A stretch of DNA of 64,000 bases from Candidatus Pacearchaeota archaeon (GTDB taxonomy: Archaea > Nanobdellota > Nanobdellia > Pacearchaeales > GW2011-AR1), in assembly GCA_041651235.1 (NCBI GenBank), contig JBAZJQ010000001.1, positions 302,449-366,448 of the forward strand, written 5' to 3'. Shown piece after piece: positions 44,223-52,846 of this stretch. Below the pieces are notes generated by a model that saw nothing but the letters and a program-made list of their open reading frames with translations, was not told the origin of the DNA and searched no databases. The translations under genes and the position numbers were made by a program. Position 1 is the first letter of the stretch; each line of letters opens with the position of its first letter.

Positions 44223-46508
44223 ATGTTATTCAAGCCAGGAACGCCGGTTTATGCTTATGAAATTGTTAAAGAAGAAGATGCTCAAGTTATGTATGTTAAT
44301 TATTTAGGGGCTCCCTTAGTGCCTAATCTAACTAATGCAGATATTATGTCCAGCACAGTTGATTTATTAATCCAATCCCCCAATGTTTCTAGGATTGTTT
44401 TTGTACAGCAAAGAAATTATTCTTATGGTTCTGAAGAGGTTTTTGTTTTAAAAGAAATCGCAAATCTTTATGTTTATCTTACTAAACAAGAAAATATTCT
44501 CTCCCCTATTAAATTATCTATAATGAATTCTGAATATCTTGGGCAGAGACATAATGATGTTAGTTATCTTTTAATGACTTTAAAGAGAGATCCTATTGCT
44601 TGTTATTATGAATTAAAGAGATTTTTAAAACAAGAAAAATTAAATTTACTTAATACTCCTGAAGAGCTTAAAGTTGATCAGCTAAGTTATATTCGGTTAT
44701 TAGAAAAGTTTTTTTCTTTATTAGGACAATCAAAATTAATAAAGCAAGCTGAAATTTATTTTTCAAATTATTCTTTTGGAGACAGAGAAATTTATAATCA
44801 TGTATTTAGGACAAATATAATTCCTAATTTTACTTTTACTAGATTGGTAAGTAATCTCCCTGAAAACGCAGAGATTGTACAGCAATATGAATTGGGATCT
44901 GATTCAAGTAAATCTCTTGTAACTATTTTGAAAAAAGAAGAAGAAACTAAATATATTTATCATCTAATGCCTCCAGAATATGCCTTAGAAGAAGATAAAC
45001 AGGAATTGCTTAATCTTGCAAGAAATGTTTTAATTGAACATCAACCAAAAGCAGAAGAGTTTACTGATCCTGAAAAAACACGGCAAGTATTTTTTAATGT
45101 AGCAAGAGATTTGTTAAGTGAGCTGTCAGTTAGCAGAAAAGTAAAATTAAGTTATGATGAATTAAATACTTTAGCTAAAATTTTAGTTAGACACACTATT
45201 GGATTTGGATTAGTAGAAATATTATTGCAAGATAAAAATATCCAGGATATTGTATTGAATGCACCTATTTCTTCTAATCCTGTCTTTTTAAGGCATCAGA
45301 ATTTTGATGAATGCATAACTAATATCCTTCCAAGTACTGAAGATGGAGACTCGTGGGCAGCAAAATTTAGAATGATTTCAGGAAGACCCCTCGATGAAGC
45401 GAATCCTATTTTAGATACTGATTTGGGTTTGGGAGATATAAGGGCGAGAGTTGCAGTTATTCAGCAACCACTTTCACCAAAAGGATTAGCTTATGCAATT
45501 AGAAGGCATAGGGAAGAGCCATGGACCCTGCCTCTCTTTATTAAATATAAAATGCTGAATAGTTTTGCAGCAGGCTTAATGAGTTTTTTAATTGATGGAA
45601 GCAGGACTATTTTAATTGCAGGAACAAGAAGTTCAGGTAAAACTTCTTTGTTAGGAAGTTTAATGCTGGAGATTATGCCGAAGTACAGAATAATTTGTAT
45701 CGAGGATACTTTGGAATTACCTGTAGAAGCATTGAGAAAATTACAGTATGATATTTTAAGGATGAAAGTTAGAAGCAGTTTATTAAAAACAACAACTGAA
45801 ATTGGAGCTGATGAAGGTATAAGAACTTCGTTAAGATTAGGAGACTCAAGCTTGATTGTTGGAGAAGTAAGAAGTTTGGAGGCTCAGGCACTTTATGAAG
45901 CAATGAGGGTTGGTGCTTTAGCAAATGTTGTTGCAGGAACAATTCACGGAGCTTCACCATATGCTGTGTTTGACAGAGTTGTTAATGATTTGAAAGTACC
46001 TGTTACTTCATTTAAAGCAACTGACTGCATTATTGTTGCTAATCCAGTTAAAACTCCTGATGGATTAAAATCAATGAAAAGAATTTTGCAGATAAGTGAA
46101 GTAAGAAAACATTGGACAGTAGATCCTGAACAAGAAGGGGGCTTTGTTGATTTATTGAAGTATAATGTTGAAAAAGATGAATTAGAAGCAAGCGAAGAAT
46201 TAATTAATGGGGATTCTGAAATAATAAAATCTATTGCTGGAAGTGTTAAAGGATGGGCTGGTGATTGGGATGCTGTTTATGATAATATTTTATTAAGAGG
46301 AAAAGTGAAGCAGGAAATTGTTGATGTTGCTGAAAAAACAAAGAAACCAGAATTATTAGAATCCCCATTCAATAGTTTGTCTAATAATATGTTTCACCAA
46401 TACTCTAAAGAAATTCAAGAAGAAGTTGGATTGCCTGTAAGTGATAGGGTTTTTCCTTTATGGCAGGATTGGTTAAAAAGACAGGTTCAGGGAAAAAAGA
46501 TATCATAA
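44223..46508 (+). CDS. type II/IV secretion family ATPase (FlaI/PilB/VirB11-like) with long N-terminal extension
   Basis: Walker A AGTRSSGKTS about 465 residues in, IICIEDTLEL, Walker B/Asp box LIVGEVRSLEA, His box AGTIHGAS. Confidence 0.88.
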   Translation: MLFKPGTPVYAYEIVKEEDAQVMYVNYLGAPLVPNLTNADIMSSTVDLLIQSPNVSRIVFVQQRNYSYGSEEVFVLKEIANLYVYLTKQENILSPIKLSIMNSEYLGQRHNDVSYLLMTLKRDPIACYYELKRFLKQEKLNLLNTPEELKVDQLSYIRLLEKFFSLLGQSKLIKQAEIYFSNYSFGDREIYNHVFRTNIIPNFTFTRLVSNLPENAEIVQQYELGSDSSKSLVTILKKEEETKYIYHLMPPEYALEEDKQELLNLARNVLIEHQPKAEEFTDPEKTRQVFFNVARDLLSELSVSRKVKLSYDELNTLAKILVRHTIGFGLVEILLQDKNIQDIVLNAPISSNPVFLRHQNFDECITNILPSTEDGDSWAAKFRMISGRPLDEANPILDTDLGLGDIRARVAVIQQPLSPKGLAYAIRRHREEPWTLPLFIKYKMLNSFAAGLMSFLIDGSRTILIAGTRSSGKTSLLGSLMLEIMPKYRIICIEDTLELPVEALRKLQYDILRMKVRSSLLKTTTEIGADEGIRTSLRLGDSSLIVGEVRSLEAQALYEAMRVGALANVVAGTIHGASPYAVFDRVVNDLKVPVTSFKATDCIIVANPVKTPDGLKSMKRILQISEVRKHWTVDPEQEGGFVDLLKYNVEKDELEASEELINGDSEIIKSIAGSVKGWAGDWDAVYDNILLRGKVKQEIVDVAEKTKKPELLESPFNSLSNNMFHQYSKEIQEEVGLPVSDRVFPLWQDWLKRQVQGKKIS

Positions 46509-46547
46509 ATACATAATGCTTTTAAATTAAAATTTGATATTTAAAAG

Positions 46548-46904
46548 ATGTATATTGGAATTAAAAAAAGAGAAAGAGAGTTTAAAGAGCAGAATTATCG
46601 ATGCAAGCTGCCTCTTTTAGAGATTTATTTGTTTAGAAATCCTCGTATTGCTTCTTCTGATAATGGGATTGCTGTAATTCATTTAGATGATCCTCTTAAG
46701 GATTATAAACAATTTGAATTATTTAATGGAGATTTAATTGAGAGGACTAAGGGAGGATTAGGGGGAATTGGAATTGAAAGAGATTGTCTTTTTGAGATTA
46801 ATGGAAATTTAAAAGAGCTTTCTGAAAAGCATAAGATTCCTATGTTTTGTTTAGAGAAAGTAGCAAATAGCTTTAGAGAGCCGGCAGGCAATGCAAGTAA
46901 TTAA
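46548..46904 (+). CDS. hypothetical soluble protein between ATPase and platform genes
   Basis: 118-aa ORF, no TM, no motif recognised. Confidence 0.45.
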   Translation: MYIGIKKREREFKEQNYRCKLPLLEIYLFRNPRIASSDNGIAVIHLDDPLKDYKQFELFNGDLIERTKGGLGGIGIERDCLFEINGNLKELSEKHKIPMFCLEKVANSFREPAGNASN

Positions 46905-46934
46905 GTTTATTAATTCTATTTCTTAATTTTATAT

Positions 46935-49124
46935 ATGGAAAATAAAGAGGTTAAAGATATTCTTGAAAAGTATTCTAATCAATTAAAAGAGCAAGTAGAA
47001 AATTATGATAATTATAGTCCTTCTGGAGAACAGGTTAGCAGAGAATTCGAGCAATTTAAACAAGATATGATGCCAGAATTATCTAAATTTGAAAGGTGGG
47101 CTGCAAATATTGGAGGAATAATAAAACTTAAGATTGCTACAAAAGATGAAGAGAAAATCCAAAAAGAATTAGATAATGCCCACTTAAATGTTAGTCCCGG
47201 AGAAGTGGTTGGGTTAGCAATTGCTGGTTTTTTAGGATTCTTTTTTCTTGGAATCTTAATAAGTGTTGCTATATGGTTATTTAGTGGGGAAAGTTTGATT
47301 AATGGTTTTCCATTATTATTTTTATTTTTAATGCTAGTTGCTTCATTTTTTATTTTTTATTATTTTTATTCGCAGCCTTCAAGACTTGCAACTAAATGGA
47401 GATTAAAGGCAAGTAGCCAGATGGTTCCTGCAATTCTCTATACTGTAATTTATATGAAACACACAAGTAATTTAGAAAGAGCAATTAGTTTTGTTGCACA
47501 AAATGTCGAAGAACCTTTAAGTTTGGATTTAAGAAAAGTTATATGGGATGTTGAAACAGGGAGATATTCTACAATAAAAGAAAGTTTGGATTCATATCTT
47601 GATTCTTGGAGAGAGCATAGTATGGAATTTGTAGAGAGTTTTCATTTAATTGAATCAAGTTTATATGAGCCTAGTGAAGCAAGAAGAATTCAGATTTTGG
47701 AAAGAGCTTTGAAAGTTATTTTAGATGGAGTTTATGAGAAAATGTTGAAATATACTCATGAAATAAAATCTCCTTTAACTAATATTTATATGTTAGGAAT
47801 TGTTCTTCCAACTTTAGGATTAGCTTTACTGCCTTTAGCTTCTACTTTGTTAAGCGGAGCTATAACTTGGGTGCATGTATTTTTAATATTTAATTTAATA
47901 ATCCCTTTTTTAGTTTTTTATTTAACTAGTCAGATAATGCTGCAAAGGCCAGGAGGTTATGGGGAAACTAGCTTGTTAGAAAGAAATCCTCTTTATTATG
48001 AATATAGTTCCAAGAGTGTTTATTTTACTGCATTTGCAATTTGTTTGCCTTTCTTTTTATTGGGAATACTTCCATTAATTTTTGGATATACTCCTGTTCC
48101 TGCATGGTTAGGCTTACCTAGTGATTTTAATACAAGCACCTTTGCTTTCGGAATTTTTGGAGATAAGGCTTTTGGATTTTTATTAAATGATGCAGGAGAT
48201 ACTGTTGGTCCTTTTGGATTAATTGGATTATTGCTGAGTTTATTAGTTCCATTTTCAGTTGCAATGTTTTTTTCTCTAAGTTTTTCATTTAGAACTAGAA
48301 ATTTAATTAAAGCAAGAAATGATTCAAAGGATTTAGAAAAAGAATTTAACAGCAGTTTGTTTACCTTGGGAAATAGATTGGGTGATGGAACTCCTGCTGA
48401 AATTGCATTTGCAAGAGTTGCTGAGTCAGTTAAAGGACAGAAAACAGAGGATTTCTTTAGAATTGTTAACTCAAATATTCAATCAATGGGTATGAGCATA
48501 GAAAATGCTATTTTTAATCCTACCAGAGGGGCTTTGATTTATTATCCTTCAACCTTAATTGCAACAAGCATGAGAATTTTAGTTGAATCTGTTAAAAAGG
48601 GTTTGAGAGTTGCTGCTGAAAGTTTAATGAGTATTTCTGAATATGTAAGAAATATACAGAAAATAAATGAAAGATTAAGAGATTTACTTGCTGATGTGGT
48701 TTCTGATATGAAGAGTAATATGACTTTTTTAGCTCCTTTGCTAGCGGGAATTGTAGTAGGTTTGTCTGCAATGATTACTGGAATTTTAGGAATGTTAGAA
48801 GGGTTAATGGGAGAGGGAGGGGCTGGAACCTCGATTGCAGGTATAGGGGATATAGGGAGTATAACTACTTTGTTCAATATAAAGACAATGATTCCTCCTT
48901 ATTTTTTGCAAATTGCAATTGGAATTTATCTTGTACAGATTGTATTTATTTTAACAGCAACACTAACTACTGTTGATTCTGGTGAAGATAAATTAAAACA
49001 AACTTACGATATTTCTAAGAATTTAATTAGAGGCACAATTTTATATTTGGTTACAGGATTTATTTCAATTATTGCTCTAAGTGTTTTAGCTTGGTTTGCA
49101 TTAAAAGGATTAGGTGCAGGTTAA
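46935..49124 (+). CDS. polytopic membrane platform protein (FlaJ/TadC/PilC-like)
   Basis: Two soluble helical domains, each followed by TM clusters, matching the two-repeat T2SS-F architecture. Sits immediately downstream of the ATPase. Confidence 0.65.
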   Translation: MENKEVKDILEKYSNQLKEQVENYDNYSPSGEQVSREFEQFKQDMMPELSKFERWAANIGGIIKLKIATKDEEKIQKELDNAHLNVSPGEVVGLAIAGFLGFFFLGILISVAIWLFSGESLINGFPLLFLFLMLVASFFIFYYFYSQPSRLATKWRLKASSQMVPAILYTVIYMKHTSNLERAISFVAQNVEEPLSLDLRKVIWDVETGRYSTIKESLDSYLDSWREHSMEFVESFHLIESSLYEPSEARRIQILERALKVILDGVYEKMLKYTHEIKSPLTNIYMLGIVLPTLGLALLPLASTLLSGAITWVHVFLIFNLIIPFLVFYLTSQIMLQRPGGYGETSLLERNPLYYEYSSKSVYFTAFAICLPFFLLGILPLIFGYTPVPAWLGLPSDFNTSTFAFGIFGDKAFGFLLNDAGDTVGPFGLIGLLLSLLVPFSVAMFFSLSFSFRTRNLIKARNDSKDLEKEFNSSLFTLGNRLGDGTPAEIAFARVAESVKGQKTEDFFRIVNSNIQSMGMSIENAIFNPTRGALIYYPSTLIATSMRILVESVKKGLRVAAESLMSISEYVRNIQKINERLRDLLADVVSDMKSNMTFLAPLLAGIVVGLSAMITGILGMLEGLMGEGGAGTSIAGIGDIGSITTLFNIKTMIPPYFLQIAIGIYLVQIVFILTATLTTVDSGEDKLKQTYDISKNLIRGTILYLVTGFISIIALSVLAWFALKGLGAG

Positions 49125-49162
49125 ATTTATTAAGTCTTTTTTTGTTTTATTAATGCTATAAG

Positions 49163-49597
49163 ATGAGAAATAAAAGAGGTAAACTTTCTTTAGGAAAGAC
49201 AAGTTTAAACAAAGAAAAACTAAATATGAAAAAGGTAAACCAAAATCTGTTTTTATCTGAAGATAAAAAAGGTTTTGAAATGGCTATTAGTACTCTAATC
49301 TTAATGATTATAGGAGTAGTTTTGCTTATCTCTCTAATAACTTTTTTTACAATGGGAAGTGCAGAATTTATTAAAACAATAAAAAGTTATGTCAGTTATT
49401 CAAATGTAGATAATGCTGTTGAATCTTGTAACATTTTAGTTGATACTAATCAGCAAAATACTTATTGCTGTGAGAAAAGAATCGTTAAATATTATGAAGA
49501 GGGAGATAAAAAAGAAGAAAGTTTTAGTTGTTATGATTTAATCCCCTTAAAATTGAGTGATAATTTAAAAGAAATGAGTTGTAATGTTGAGTGCTAA
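49163..49597 (+). CDS. type IV pilin-like protein whose signal-peptide region carries hairpin element copy C
   Basis: ...EDKKG-FEMAISTLILMIIGVVLLISLITFF class III pattern. The element is read through in frame. Alternative start ATG at 49226. Confidence 0.7.
   Translation: MRNKRGKLSLGKTSLNKEKLNMKKVNQNLFLSEDKKGFEMAISTLILMIIGVVLLISLITFFTMGSAEFIKTIKSYVSYSNVDNAVESCNILVDTNQQNTYCCEKRIVKYYEEGDKKEESFSCYDLIPLKLSDNLKEMSCNVEC
49180..49256 (+). mobile_element. hairpin element copy C (inside coding frame)
   Basis: TAAACTTTCTTTAGGAAAGACAAGTTTAAACAAAGAA...AAAGGTAAACCAAAATCTGTTTTTAT. Flanked by an imperfect 13-nt repeat, AAATAAAAGAGGT (49168-49180) and AGATAAAAAAGGT (49261-49273). Confidence 0.7.
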
Positions 49598-49767
49598 TGA
49601 AAATTTTTAAAAAAAGTAAAAAAGGAATGGAAATGGAAGTTTTAGCTTGGTGGATACTTGGGTTAATTGTTTTTGTTGTTATTGTTTTTGGGTATATTAT
49701 CTTAAGTGGAAAGGGAGGAGGAATGATTAGTTATCTTAAGAATTTATTTAGAGGAGGGATAGGATAG
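49597..49767 (+). CDS. 56-aa mini pilin-like protein (not in ORF track)
   Basis: MKIFKKSKKG-MEMEVLAWWILGLIVFVVIVFGY... The ATG overlaps the upstream TAA (TAATG). Confidence 0.55.
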   Translation: MKIFKKSKKGMEMEVLAWWILGLIVFVVIVFGYIILSGKGGGMISYLKNLFRGGIG

Positions 49768-49772
49768 GCACC

Positions 49773-50681
49773 ATGAATAAAAAAGCAGATACAGGGCTTA
49801 CTATGAATAAATTAATTACTTTATTTATAATTGCAATAGTAATTATTGTAGTTGCTATAGGTTCAATAAAATATGGGAAAGATATTTTTGATAAGATTAA
49901 AACCATTTTTCCGGGTTTTAATCAGACTGCGGGGAATAATGAGTTAATTCAACCTGCAACTATTCTAAATATTAAAACGAATGTTTTATTAAATGATGGA
50001 GAGGGAAGATGCATTGTTTATGAAGAGAAAAATCCTTTAATTAAGGATTATGGGATAAGAGAAAATAAATTATGGAGATTTGAAAATGGGAAGTGGATAG
50101 ATATAGACACAACGGCTAATTTAGATGATAATCAAATGACGAAATGCGAAGCTGTTCAAAAGTTAATTGCTGATGAAAAAGAATTAATGCAAGAGATTAA
50201 AGATTATTATTATCAGTTTTATAATGATGTTTGTATTCCTACTTTTAATGATCCAAGCAACTATATTGATTCTGAGATGAATGTTAAATGTGGATTTTTA
50301 AAAGAGCTTTTTGAAGAAAATTTCTTTAGTAGCGCAAGTTTTAAAGATATCGAAAGTATAGATGATGATAACCTTAAAAGTGAAATATATTTTTTAGTTC
50401 AATTGATTATAAAACAAGATGAGAGCTTAAAAAATGAAATTAGTTTTAGTGGAAAATTAAATATTTTAATGCTTCCTGCGGGTAACTTAAATCAGATATT
50501 GTCGAGTACATTAGATGGGAATTATGCAACAAATGGAAAAGAAATTTATACATTATCTGGGGTAAAGTGGATTGAAATTGAACAAGAGGATCACCCCTAT
50601 CTATTTATTGAAGGATGCTCAAAAACAAATAAACAGATCAAAGCAGATTTATTCAATGCATGTTATGTTGATGAGAAATAA
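49773..50681 (+). CDS. type IV pilin-like protein (302 aa)
   Basis: MNKKADTG-LTMNKLITLFIIAIVIIVVAIG class III pattern. Confidence 0.7.
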   Translation: MNKKADTGLTMNKLITLFIIAIVIIVVAIGSIKYGKDIFDKIKTIFPGFNQTAGNNELIQPATILNIKTNVLLNDGEGRCIVYEEKNPLIKDYGIRENKLWRFENGKWIDIDTTANLDDNQMTKCEAVQKLIADEKELMQEIKDYYYQFYNDVCIPTFNDPSNYIDSEMNVKCGFLKELFEENFFSSASFKDIESIDDDNLKSEIYFLVQLIIKQDESLKNEISFSGKLNILMLPAGNLNQILSSTLDGNYATNGKEIYTLSGVKWIEIEQEDHPYLFIEGCSKTNKQIKADLFNACYVDEK

Positions 50682-50823
50682 AATATAAAATGAAAAGATT
50701 AAATAAAAAAGACAAACTTTTTTTAGTAAAGACAAGTTTGAACAAAGAATACCTTTTTAGAAAAAAGGTAAACCAAAATCTTTTTTTATTTAAAATATAA
50801 AATGAAAAGATTAAATAAAAAAG
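50679..50823 (+). mobile_element. hairpin element copy D, flanked by a 33-bp duplication of the host start region
   Basis: TAAAATATAAAATGAAAAGATTAAATAAAAAAG at 50679-50711 and 50791-50823. The intervening 79 bp is the element, with both hairpins intact. Confidence 0.8.
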
Positions 50824-51362
50824 CAGAAGAGGGAACTTTTTTAGGTGTAAAAGTAGTTAATTTAGTTATTGCGGTATTGTGTATAATTATTCTTATTACT
50901 CTAGGAGCTAAATTATTTAAATTATTTTCAGAAGAAGGCAATGTTAAACAAGCAGAAGATATACTTAATTTGATTAACGATAAAATAAGTTATTTAACTG
51001 GAGGGGAGTATACTGAAAATTTTTTATACATGACTATTTTTCCTCCTGAAGATTCTGGCTGGTTTTTAAAAAGTTACCAGGAAAGTTTTTTTCCTGAAAA
51101 AGAATGTGTTGGCAAGTTTAAGAGTTGTTTGTGTATTTGCAACTCTAAAGATTGTATTGGTTTAAAAGCATGCAAGGGAATGGGGAAATATACCTTAGTT
51201 GAGGGGGATTTTAAAGAAGAGATTCTTATAGGAGGACATGTTAACCCCCAACCAGGCTCTGGGGTTTTTACAACTAAAGAAATAATTCAATTATCAACTG
51301 CTCAGCAGGAGTTAACTTTAACTAAATCAGATAATAAAGTTATTATAACCGAGAAAAAATGA
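50802..51362 (+). CDS. type IV pilin-like protein (186 aa)
   Basis: MKRLNKKAEEG-TFLGVKVVNLVIAVLCIIILITLG. Confidence 0.7.
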   Translation: MKRLNKKAEEGTFLGVKVVNLVIAVLCIIILITLGAKLFKLFSEEGNVKQAEDILNLINDKISYLTGGEYTENFLYMTIFPPEDSGWFLKSYQESFFPEKECVGKFKSCLCICNSKDCIGLKACKGMGKYTLVEGDFKEEILIGGHVNPQPGSGVFTTKEIIQLSTAQQELTLTKSDNKVIITEKK

Positions 51363-51469
51363 AGTCAAAAAAAGCACTTGAAGATTTAATGAATATTTTA
51401 TTATGGATTATATTTTTAATAATTGCCATAGGAGGTTTATATTTTTTAATTAATTTTTTAACAAAATGA
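51359..51469 (+). CDS. 36-aa mini membrane/pilin-like protein (not in ORF track)
   Basis: MKSKKA-LEDLMNILLWIIFLIIAIGGLYFLINFLTK. ATGA overlaps at both ends (51359-51362 and 51466-51469). Confidence 0.5.
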   Translation: MKSKKALEDLMNILLWIIFLIIAIGGLYFLINFLTK

Positions 51470-52419
51470 AGAAAAATAAAAAAACAGGTAAGAAAGCAGA
51501 AATGAGTTCAAGGACATTAATAGCTTGGATATTATTAATACTTGCTTTTGGAATTGTATTATTATTTTTTTATATGTTTGATTGGACAGGAGAAGTAGAC
51601 AAACAAGCATGTCATAGCTCTGTTATTTTCAAAGCAACTGTTCCTGAATTAAAGGATCAAAAGGTTGTTGAGCTGCCTTTGCAATGTGAAACTGAAAAAA
51701 TATGTATAACCAGCAATATTATTAGTAAAGGGAACTGCGACAAAGATTATCTTGGAGAAAAATATCAAACAGTAAGAGTTTCTGGAGATTCAAAACAAAT
51801 GAATGACGAAGTAAATAAGATTATTGCAGATAAATTATATGAATGCTGGTGGATGATGGGGCAGGGAAAAGTGAAAATTTATTCAAGATATTCAAAGGAT
51901 TTTGGAGAGGGCAAGGTTTGCAACATCTGCACTAGAATTGCTTTTGATGACAATATTAAATCAGTTTTAAATAATAAAGTAACGGGGAATGTAAACTATT
52001 TCACAAGTCATAATGCTCCTGGAGAAGATGTTACTTATTATCAATATATAACCAATAATCCTGTTAATTATGTTAATGGATATGAAGAAAGTCAGGATTT
52101 TATGAATTTAAGCCAAAAAGCAATTATCTTCGGAGAGATTAGCAGCAGTGTTATTCCCGGGTGGATTGGAGTTAGTTCTGGAACTGCTGTAGGAATTATT
52201 ATTGGAGCACAAATAGGAGCTATTGTTCCACTTCCAGGAACTACTTTAGTTGGGGCAGGTGTTGGAGCAATTGCAGGATACTGGGGAAGTGATAATCTTA
52301 AAGAGGTTATTGAAGGATGGACTGGAGCTGATGCAGTATTTGGAGCTATACAGATTAAAGATTATAATATTGAAACATTAAAATCATTAAATTGTTCTTC
52401 TTTTGAAGGCAAAGTTTAG
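51466..52419 (+). CDS. type IV pilin-like protein (317 aa) with Gly-rich hydrophobic C-terminal segment
   Basis: MKKNKKTGKKA-EMSSRTLIAWILLILAFGIVLLFFY. C-terminal GVSSGTAVGIIIGAQIGAIVPLPGTTLVGAGVGAIAGYWG. Confidence 0.7.
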   Translation: MKKNKKTGKKAEMSSRTLIAWILLILAFGIVLLFFYMFDWTGEVDKQACHSSVIFKATVPELKDQKVVELPLQCETEKICITSNIISKGNCDKDYLGEKYQTVRVSGDSKQMNDEVNKIIADKLYECWWMMGQGKVKIYSRYSKDFGEGKVCNICTRIAFDDNIKSVLNNKVTGNVNYFTSHNAPGEDVTYYQYITNNPVNYVNGYEESQDFMNLSQKAIIFGEISSSVIPGWIGVSSGTAVGIIIGAQIGAIVPLPGTTLVGAGVGAIAGYWGSDNLKEVIEGWTGADAVFGAIQIKDYNIETLKSLNCSSFEGKV

Positions 52420-52453
52420 TTAAATTTATAATGTTTCTAAGGTTATTTAATAC

Positions 52454-52846
52454 ATGAAAAATAAAAAGGGTGAAGAGATTTTAGAGAGCACAGTTATTTT
52501 TATTTTATTAAATCTTATGTTTTTTGCAGCAATATTTTTTGGGGTTGTTTATAGAGTTGAATCTGGAGCAAGTGTTTACGAGCAAATATATGCAAAACAA
52601 ATTGCTCTCACTATTGATCAGGCAAAAACCGGTATGAATATTACATTAAATTTAGATGGGTTAATGAATCTAGCTGATAAAAATAAAATAAGCAGAGCAA
52701 ATGTTGTTAAAATTGATAATGAGAAAAAATTAGTGCAGGTTATAGCTGCAAATGGAGAGGGGTATAGTTATAATTTTTTTACAGATAATGAAATTCTTTG
52801 GAGCTTAAAAGTTAAGGCAATGAAACTGGAGATGAAGGTAAAATGA
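52454..52846 (+). CDS. type IV pilin-like protein (130 aa)
   Basis: MKNKKG-EEILESTVIFILLNLMFFAAIFFG. Confidence 0.65.
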   Translation: MKNKKGEEILESTVIFILLNLMFFAAIFFGVVYRVESGASVYEQIYAKQIALTIDQAKTGMNITLNLDGLMNLADKNKISRANVVKIDNEKKLVQVIAANGEGYSYNFFTDNEILWSLKVKAMKLEMKVK

